From a bacterium (GTDB lineage: Bacteria; JADJOY01), in assembly GCA_046331705.1 (NCBI GenBank), contig JAXLQJ010000032.1, forward strand, positions 62,001-85,538: a stretch of 23,538 nt of DNA, written 5' to 3'. The notes below the pieces were generated by a model. It worked only from the letters and a program-made list of their open reading frames with translations. It was not told the DNA's origin and did not search any database. Below, in pieces: positions 17,595-23,538 of this stretch (within the stretch, counting starts at the first letter, position 1; each line of letters begins with the position of its first letter). Both the position numbers and the translations under genes were made by a program.

Positions 17595-17603
17595 AGCGTA
17601 ACA
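17595..17603 (-). promoter_or_regulatory. Candidate extended -10 promoter element for the small ORF-Rieske-M28 operon
   Basis: The minus strand reads TGTTACGCT (TGnTAnnnT pattern), 23 nt upstream of ATG 17571. No convincing -35. Confidence 0.3.
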
Positions 17604-17808
17604 CAAGGCGGCCACGTCACATGCGAGTCGGACGCCCCCGGAACGCGCTCCGCTTGCCGCAGAAAGCGCGCGCGCTCCCGATCCGATTCACGACGCGCGA
17701 CATTCGCCTCGGTCGCGACGGATCGTGATCCGCCACACGCGATTCAGCGCGCTGGTGGCGCGGGCTGCGCCCGCGTGGCGGCGACACACGCGTGGCGCCG
17801 GCGCCCGC

Positions 17809-18435
17809 TCAAGGAGCGCGGTAATAGGGGTTCGCGCCCGAGCCGTGATCCGTGGTGTCGAGGATCTCGGTGACCTCGGGGATCGCCTCGCGGATCATCA
17901 CCTCGATGCCCTGCTTGAGCGTCACGTCCGACATCCCACAGCCGTGGCAGCCGCCGCCGAAACGCAAGAACACCCGCGTGTCCTGAACGTCGGCGAGCAT
18001 CACGCGACCGCCGTGGCTCGCGACTTGCGGGTTGATCTTGTCGTCCAGCAACTCCTGGACGCGCGCGGCGATCGGATTGCCGAGCAGCGGCGGCTTGTTC
18101 GGATTGTCGAACTTGAACCACGAGCCGGAAAGCTCTTCCACGTAATCGAGCGTGGCGCCAGTCAGCCGCTGTGCGCTCTCGGTGTCGATGAAGATGCGGA
18201 TGCCTTCGACCTCGAGCGCCGTGTCGTCCTCGGTTCGCTCGCTCGCCTCCACGAAGTAGAGGTGGTAGCGCCACGCCGCGGCGCTCTCCTCCTCGACGCT
18301 GACGCGCAGCGCGCTCTCGCTGCGATTCTCGGCCTCTTGCACCGACTTGATCTTGTCGCGCGCGACGGCGGTGAGGGTGAGGATGTCGCCCTCCTGCGCT
18401 GCCGTCGTGTGGGGTGCCGATGCGGTCTCTGCCAT
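17809..18435 (-). CDS. nfuA: Fe-S cluster carrier NfuA (degenerate A-type/HesB domain plus NifU-C domain, 208 aa)
   Basis: The N-terminal HesB-like domain has no Cys (LTGATLDY...FKFDNPN). The C-terminal domain has INPQVASHGG, FGGGCHGC and TLKQGIE...IPEVTEILDTTDH..GANPYY. GGAGG ribosome-binding site. Confidence 0.92.
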   Translation of the reverse strand: MAETASAPHTTAAQEGDILTLTAVARDKIKSVQEAENRSESALRVSVEEESAAAWRYHLYFVEASERTEDDTALEVEGIRIFIDTESAQRLTGATLDYVEELSGSWFKFDNPNKPPLLGNPIAARVQELLDDKINPQVASHGGRVMLADVQDTRVFLRFGGGCHGCGMSDVTLKQGIEVMIREAIPEVTEILDTTDHGSGANPYYRAP

Positions 18436-18461
18436 GGGGGATGCCTCCGACGCTCTGCGTC

Positions 18462-18490
18462 ACCGTATCCGACCGCGTCCCCATCGCCAA
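18462..18490 (-). promoter_or_regulatory. Candidate sigma70-type promoter for nfuA
   Basis: The minus strand reads TTGGCG-N17-TACGGT, ending 26 nt upstream of the nfuA ATG. Confidence 0.35.
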
Positions 18491-18644
18491 ACCGCCGCAT
18501 GCCGCGCGGTGCCGACGGAGAAAACCGCATGATGTCGACGGCTTGTCGGCAAACGACGTGGTGAAGAAATGGACGGCTCGTGACACGCGCCTGACGAACG
18601 AGCCCTAACTTCCGGGCCGTCATTCGACGTTCATCGGGGGATCC

Positions 18645-18674
18645 ATGAGCACCGTGACCATGAGCACCGTGACC
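18645..18674 (+). repeat. Perfect 15-bp tandem duplication (ATGAGCACCGTGACC x2) spanning the desaturase start codon
   Basis: Read directly at 18645-18659 and 18660-18674. Encodes MSTVT-MSTVT. Confidence 0.95.
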
Positions 18675-19607
18675 GCCACCGCCTCGACGTTTTCCGCCGC
18701 CAGCGTGCCCGCGCCGCGTGCCGACGAAAAGGTCTCGAGCAAATCGCTGCCCTTCTTCCTCATGCACGTCGCCGTGCTGGGCGCGGTCTTCACCGGCGCA
18801 CGCCCCGTGGACTGGCTCCTGTGCCTGGGCCTCTACTACCTGCGCATGTTCGGCATCACCGCCGGCTTCCACCGCTACTTCTCGCATCGTGCCTACAAGA
18901 CCAACCGGGTGTTCCAGTTCGTGCTGGCCTGGATCGGCACGATGTCGGCGCAAAAAGGCGTGCTTTGGTGGGCGGGGCACCATCGCCACCACCACCGTTT
19001 CTCCGATACCGAGGAGGACATCCACTCGCCGACGAAGCGCGGCTTCTGGTGGTCGCACGTCGGCTGGATCTTGTCGTCGCGCTACGACGAGACGCCCCTC
19101 GACGACATCCGCGACTTCGCGAAGTACCCGGAGCTGCGCTGGCTCAACGATCACTACCTGGTGCCACCCACCCTGCTGGCCATCGCGGTGACGATGCTCT
19201 TCGGCTGGTCGGGGCTCTTCGTCGGATTCTTCCTGAGCACCGTGCTGCTCTGGCACGGGACGTTCACCATCAACTCGCTCTCCCACGTCTTCGGCAGCCA
19301 GCGCTACGTGACTGGCGACACCAGTCGCAACAACTTCCTGCTCGCCATCCTCACGATGGGCGAGGGCTGGCACAACAACCACCACTACTACCAGAGCACC
19401 GCGAACCAGGGCTTCTACTGGTGGGAGATCGACCTCAGCTACTACGTGCTCAAGGCGCTCTCCGTCGTCGGCCTGGTCTCGAACCTGCGCACGCCGAGCG
19501 AGCGCGTGCTCCGCTCGAATCGCGTCGGCAGCACGCCCGAGCCACGCGACGCCGCCGTGCGCGTCCCCGCCGCGGTCGAGCCCATCCCGACGGCGCTCGC
19601 CGCCTGA
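18645..19607 (+). CDS. Membrane acyl-CoA/acyl-lipid desaturase, delta-9 family (320 aa)
   Basis: Three histidine boxes HRYFSH, HRHHH and HNNHH. Also DIHSP..GFWWSHVGW, INSLSH, GEGW and WWEID, plus hydrophobic segments. Confidence 0.95.
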   Translation: MSTVTMSTVTATASTFSAASVPAPRADEKVSSKSLPFFLMHVAVLGAVFTGARPVDWLLCLGLYYLRMFGITAGFHRYFSHRAYKTNRVFQFVLAWIGTMSAQKGVLWWAGHHRHHHRFSDTEEDIHSPTKRGFWWSHVGWILSSRYDETPLDDIRDFAKYPELRWLNDHYLVPPTLLAIAVTMLFGWSGLFVGFFLSTVLLWHGTFTINSLSHVFGSQRYVTGDTSRNNFLLAILTMGEGWHNNHHYYQSTANQGFYWWEIDLSYYVLKALSVVGLVSNLRTPSERVLRSNRVGSTPEPRDAAVRVPAAVEPIPTALAA

Positions 19608-19635
19608 TCCGCGCCGCCGCCCCTCTCGCGCTCGC

Positions 19636-19657
19636 CGACGGCGGTGTCCCGCCGTCG
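19636..19657 (+). terminator. GC-rich hairpin downstream of the desaturase (terminator-like or mRNA-stabilising)
   Basis: CGACGGCGG-TGTC-CCGCCGTCG: 9-bp perfect stem with a 4-nt loop. No U-tract. Confidence 0.4.
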
Positions 19658-19771
19658 CGGCAAGCGCATTCCGCCCTCGGCGCGCTGCAGCCGGGGGCTT
19701 TCCAATCCGCCCGAGCCACCCGAAGCTTGGGGTGCGGACGCGCGGCAGTCTCGCTCGTCTCGCGCGCGATC

Positions 19772-20725
19772 ATGGACCTGCGCGTCAAAGCCGTCGACGT
19801 CACCAAGCTGCGCGGCCGGCTGCCGGACCCCGCCAACGTCTGGCGCCCGGCGCTGTTGATCCTGCTGCTGATCTTGCTGCCGAGCGTGATGATCGGCGCG
19901 GTCGGCATCCTGGTGCTGGTCTTCCAGCGCGGCAGCGTCGACGTCGTCCTGGGCGTGCTCATCCTGGCGTTCTGCGCAGCGCTGGGTGCCGGCATCGTGC
20001 TGACGTTCGGCTCGATCCGCCGCCGCGCCCAGCTCTCCGCGCTTCAGACCGCGTTCGTGTCCAAGGTCTCGCACGACCTCCGCACACCGCTCACCAGCAT
20101 CCGGATGTTCGTCGAGACGCTGCAGATGGGGCGCATCCACGATCCCGAGCGCTACAACGAGTGCCTGAACGTGCTCGCTGCGGAAACCGAGCGGCTGTCC
20201 TCGATGATCGATCGGCTGCTCGACTGGGCGCGCATGGAGGCCGGCCGCAAGATGTACCGCTTCGCGCCCACCCCCGTCGGCGAGGTCGTCGAGCGCGCGG
20301 TGACGGCGTTTCGGCCGCAGACGCTGAGCGGCACCGTCCAGCTCGGCGTCGAGGTCGAGCCCGATCTCCCGCTCATCCGCGCCGACGCGGAGGCGCTCGC
20401 GGAGGTGGTGCTCGACCTGCTCAACAACGCCTACAAGTACACCGGCGACGAGAAGCGTATCCAGGTGCGGGCCCGCCGCGATGGACGTCACGTGGTACTT
20501 TCGGTCACCGACAACGGCCCGGGAATCCCACGCTCCGAGCACGTGCGGATCTTCGATCGCTTCTATCGCGGCGCGGAGCCGCAGACACGAGCCATCGAGG
20601 GCAGCGGGCTGGGCTTGGCGATGGCGCGCCACACCATCGAGGCGCACAACGGCACCATCCATCTCGAGAGTGAGCCAGGACGCGGCAGCACGTTCAGCAT
20701 CGTGCTGCCGGGCGGGCGAGACTGA
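19772..20725 (+). CDS. Small two-TM sensor histidine kinase (HisKA-HATPase, 317 aa)
   Basis: Two hydrophobic helices joined by QRGSVD. Kinase motifs are SHDLRTPLTSIR, LLNNAYKY, DNGPGI, FDRFYR and GSGLGL. Start placed at ATG 19772 within ORF 18821..20725. Confidence 0.92.
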   Translation: MDLRVKAVDVTKLRGRLPDPANVWRPALLILLLILLPSVMIGAVGILVLVFQRGSVDVVLGVLILAFCAALGAGIVLTFGSIRRRAQLSALQTAFVSKVSHDLRTPLTSIRMFVETLQMGRIHDPERYNECLNVLAAETERLSSMIDRLLDWARMEAGRKMYRFAPTPVGEVVERAVTAFRPQTLSGTVQLGVEVEPDLPLIRADAEALAEVVLDLLNNAYKYTGDEKRIQVRARRDGRHVVLSVTDNGPGIPRSEHVRIFDRFYRGAEPQTRAIEGSGLGLAMARHTIEAHNGTIHLESEPGRGSTFSIVLPGGRD

Positions 20726-20727
20726 CG

Positions 20728-21447
20728 ATGGCCAGCAATCATCGCAAAGCACGCATCCTGCTGGTGGAGGACGACCACTCGATCCTGCGCGGGCTCGAGC
20801 TCAACCTCGGCGTCGAGGGCTACGAGGTGGGGACCGCCGCCGAAGGCAAGACCGGGCTCAAGCGCGCCATGGAGGAGAGCTGGGACCTCATCGTCCTCGA
20901 CATCATGATGCCGGGCCCGGACGGACTGGAGATCCTGCGACGCGTTCGCGCGGCCAGGAAAGAGACCGGCGTGATCTTGCTATCGGCGCGCGGCGCCGAG
21001 TTCGACAAGGTCGTGGGCCTCGATCTCGGTGCCGACGACTACCTGACCAAGCCGTTCGGCCTCGCCGAGCTGCTGGCGCGGATCAAAGCGGTGCTGCGGC
21101 GTCGCAGCCAGGCCCCCGCCCCCACCGGCGAGCCGATCTCCCAATTCGGTGACGTGCAGGTCGATCGCGAACGCCGGCGCGTCACCAAGGCCGGTCGCGA
21201 GGTGGCGCTCACCGCTCGCGAGTACGAGGTCCTCGAATACTTCCTCACGCGCGAGGATCGCGTCGTGACTCGCGAGGACTTGCTCGAGAAGGTGTGGGGC
21301 TTCGCGAACCTGGAATCGAACCGCACCGTCGACAACTTCGTTTCCCAGCTCCGCGCCAAGCTCGAAGCCAACGCCGATCAGCCGGTTCACTTCCTCACGG
21401 TGCGCGGCGTGGGCTATCGGTTCGTGGCACGACCCGAGACGCGGTGA
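20728..21447 (+). CDS. OmpR/PhoB-family DNA-binding response regulator (239 aa)
   Basis: REC has LLVEDD...LDIMMP...LSA...GADDYLTKPF. Winged helix has LTAREYEVL...RTVDNFVSQLRAKL...TVRGVGYRF. Starts 2 nt after the kinase stop. Confidence 0.96.
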   Translation: MASNHRKARILLVEDDHSILRGLELNLGVEGYEVGTAAEGKTGLKRAMEESWDLIVLDIMMPGPDGLEILRRVRAARKETGVILLSARGAEFDKVVGLDLGADDYLTKPFGLAELLARIKAVLRRRSQAPAPTGEPISQFGDVQVDRERRRVTKAGREVALTAREYEVLEYFLTREDRVVTREDLLEKVWGFANLESNRTVDNFVSQLRAKLEANADQPVHFLTVRGVGYRFVARPETR

Positions 21448-23216
21448 CCCGCGGCGCGCGCAAGCTCGACGCGGCGCTCACGGCGCTCGCGTTCGGGGAG
21501 CACGTCCGGGGGGCGCGCGCGGTGGACGTGGGCGCCTCGACCGGCGGCTTCACGCGCACCTTGCTCGACGCCGGCGCCGCGGAGGTGCTGGCGGTGGACG
21601 TCGGTCACGGTCAGCTCGATCCCGCATTGCGCCGCGACCCACGCGTGCGGGTCCTCGAGCGCGTCGACTGGAAGCGACTGCCGCCGTCGATCGAGCCAGG
21701 TCCCTTCGACGTGTTCACCATCGACGTGAGCTTCACCGCCGCGCGCACCATGCTGCGCGGGCTGGCGTTCCGCCTGCGGCCGGGCGCCCACGGGCTCGTG
21801 CTCGTGAAGCCGCAATTCGAGCTTCCCGAGGGCGCCGTCGAGCCCGGCGCTCCCGGCGACGCCAGCGTGCGCGCCCGGGCCCTGGAACGATTTCGCGCCA
21901 AGGCCGAGCGGCTCGGCTTCACCATCCTCGGCGCGGTCGACTCGTCCGTACCCGGCGGCAAGGGGACGATCGAGCTCTTCGCCCATCTGCGCTTCGACGG
22001 CTGGCAGGCGCGACCGGGCGCGCCCGCTGCCACCGCTACGACGACCAGCGCTCCCGTCGAACCGACCCGGGGCGAGGCGCCTGCGATCGCAACCGCGACC
22101 CGGCTCATGCGCTGGTTCGCGATCACCGCGCCGGGCCTGGAAGGGATCGCCGAGGTCGAGGTGCGAGGCCTCGCCGGCGTGAGCGACGTGCAAGCCAACG
22201 AGGCGGGAGTCGGCTTCGGCGGGACCCTCGAGACCGGGCTCCGCGCGAACCTCGAGCTGCGCACGGCAACCCGGGTGCTGGCGCGCGTGGGCACCTTTCG
22301 CGCCGAGGACTTCGCGTCGTTTCGTCGCCGTGTGGGCGGCCTCGACTGGTCGCCGTTCCTCCGCGCCGAGCAGCCGCTCGAGGTCCAGGCGAGCGCGCGC
22401 CGCTGCCGCCTCTTCCACACCGATGCCGTGCGCGAGAACGTCGAGCAGGGCCTGCGCGACTGGGCCCGCAAGCACCCGCCGGCCGGAGCGCCGGCGGCCC
22501 AGCCGCTGCGCATCGCCGCGCGCGGCTCGTCGAATCGCTGGACGCTCAGCGTCGACGCCTCGGGCGAGCTCTTGCACCGGCGCGGCTGGCGAACCGAAGC
22601 CGTCCGCGCGCCGCTGCGCGAGACGCTCGCCGCCGCGTTGCTCGAGCTTTGCGAGTGGCGCGGCGTGACGCCGCTCGTCGATCCGATGTGCGGCGCGGGG
22701 ACGCTGGTGATCGAGGCCGCGGCGCTGGCGGTGCGTCGAGCGCCTGGCCTCGAACGCCGCTTCGCGTGCGAGGACTGGCCGTGCTTCGACGCAGCGCTCG
22801 GCGAACGCCTGCGCGCGGAGCTGCGCTCGCGCGAGCTCGAGGTGGCGCCGGTGCCGATCGTCGGCTACGACCGCGACCCCGCCGCCGTGCGTCTCGCGCG
22901 CCGCAACGCCGAGCGCGCGGGGCTCGCCGCGAGCATCGCGTTCCACCACGGCGACCTCGCGAGCGTGCGCGCCACCGGCGCGACGGGACTGCTGATCGTG
23001 AACCCGCCCTACGGCCGCCGGCTCGGCGATCCCGCCCAGGCGCGCGAGACCTTGCGCGCGCTCGGGCAGCTGCTCACCGCGCGGTTTCGCGGCTGGAACG
23101 CCGCCGTGCTCGCCCTCGACCCGAGCTGGGCGCGCGCGCTCGGGCTCGAGCCGACGCGGACGACGGCGCTGCGAAACGGCGGGCTGCGCGTTCACCTGCT
23201 TCAGTTCGCGCTCTGA
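21444..23216 (+). CDS. Fused RNA methyltransferase: TlyA-like FtsJ domain (no S4) plus THUMP/RlmL-like N2-methylguanine methyltransferase (590 aa)
   Basis: N-terminal part: TRGARKL, DVGASTGGFT, AVDVGHGQL, DVSF, LVKPQFE, GKGTIE. C-terminal part: APGLE, NLELRTATRVL, DASGELLHRRGWR, APLRETLAAALL, DPMCGAGT, NPPYG. GTG start overlaps the regulator's TGA (21444-21447). Confidence 0.88.
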   Translation: MTRGARKLDAALTALAFGEHVRGARAVDVGASTGGFTRTLLDAGAAEVLAVDVGHGQLDPALRRDPRVRVLERVDWKRLPPSIEPGPFDVFTIDVSFTAARTMLRGLAFRLRPGAHGLVLVKPQFELPEGAVEPGAPGDASVRARALERFRAKAERLGFTILGAVDSSVPGGKGTIELFAHLRFDGWQARPGAPAATATTTSAPVEPTRGEAPAIATATRLMRWFAITAPGLEGIAEVEVRGLAGVSDVQANEAGVGFGGTLETGLRANLELRTATRVLARVGTFRAEDFASFRRRVGGLDWSPFLRAEQPLEVQASARRCRLFHTDAVRENVEQGLRDWARKHPPAGAPAAQPLRIAARGSSNRWTLSVDASGELLHRRGWRTEAVRAPLRETLAAALLELCEWRGVTPLVDPMCGAGTLVIEAAALAVRRAPGLERRFACEDWPCFDAALGERLRAELRSRELEVAPVPIVGYDRDPAAVRLARRNAERAGLAASIAFHHGDLASVRATGATGLLIVNPPYGRRLGDPAQARETLRALGQLLTARFRGWNAAVLALDPSWARALGLEPTRTTALRNGGLRVHLLQFAL

Positions 23217-23253
23217 TCCCCGCGGCGCCGAGCAGCGCGCGCCCCGCGCTCGG

Positions 23254-23538
23254 TCAGCCGAGACGCAGCCAGACGAGCAAGGCGCCGAGCGCGAGACCCA
23301 GCCCCGCGATTCCGAGCGCAGCCTGGGATCCGACGCGCTGCGCCTCCGCGAGCTCGTCCTGGGGAGTGGTCGAGAGCACGAAGGGTTGCGCGCGCGTCCC
23401 CGGCGCGATCAAGCGCAGCATCCCGAGCGACGGCCCGACCGACGGCGCGTCCTCGCTCGGGTCGGCGTCGGCGTCGCGCTCCTCGTCGGCGTCCTCGTCC
23501 TCGACCGGCAACGCCAGCTCACCGAGCGCGTACAGAGG
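23254..23538 (-). CDS. 3' end of a membrane-anchored protein entering from the right edge; possibly GIDE-domain-like
   Basis: Frame is open from 23538: PLYALGEL...acidic tract...QPFVLSTTPQDELAEA, then a C-terminal TM helix and TGA at 23254-23256. The family call rests only on the LYALG...PFVLS pattern. Confidence 0.6.
   Translation of the reverse strand, partial: PLYALGELALPVEDEDADEERDADADPSEDAPSVGPSLGMLRLIAPGTRAQPFVLSTTPQDELAEAQRVGSQAALGIAGLGLALGALLVWLRLG

Noticed and set aside
18100-18435. Missing cysteines in the HesB-like N-terminal domain as a sign of pseudogenisation
   Set aside because: A degenerate A-type domain is the normal state for NfuA, and the CxxC in the NifU-C domain is intact.
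183-23195. Many long antisense or alternate-frame ORFs (e.g. 183..2321-, 2318..4873-, 6149..8167-, 8136..10193-, 16153..17601+, 21414..23195-)
   Set aside because: They overlap well-supported genes, lack recognisable motifs, and are the expected result of stop-codon scarcity in very GC-rich DNA.
1-23538. CRISPR arrays, tRNA/rRNA genes, transposases, integrases and defence-system genes
   Set aside because: I saw no regularly spaced repeats, RNA gene signatures or relevant protein motifs. All intergenic gaps are under about 240 bp.

Overview
Very GC-rich bacterial DNA. The gene content resembles Myxococcota or related deltaproteobacteria, but that is an inference. I can support 15 complete CDSs plus two genes cut by the window edges. 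Positions 219-14768 form a dense plus-strand signalling block: a REC-pseudoREC-PAS protein with no output domain, a flavodoxin, a REC-PAS-PAS-GGDEF-EAL protein, two hybrid histidine kinases (GAF/PAS and CHASE4/HAMP/PAS), a HEAT-repeat protein, a DivK-like receiver and a membrane diguanylate cyclase. Positions 14816-18435 are a minus-strand block: nfuA, a 68-aa HTH-like ORF, a Rieske oxygenase alpha subunit and a Tat-lipoprotein M28-fold hydrolase with an altered active site. Divergent from it are an acyl-CoA desaturase, a small intramembrane-sensing kinase with an OmpR-type regulator, and a single ORF fusing an S4-less TlyA-like 2'-O-methyltransferase to a THUMP/RlmL-like methyltransferase. 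The most unusual items are that fusion and the Rieske-M28 operon. I saw no rRNA, tRNA, CRISPR array or mobile element. All family calls come from recognising motifs by eye; no searches were run.
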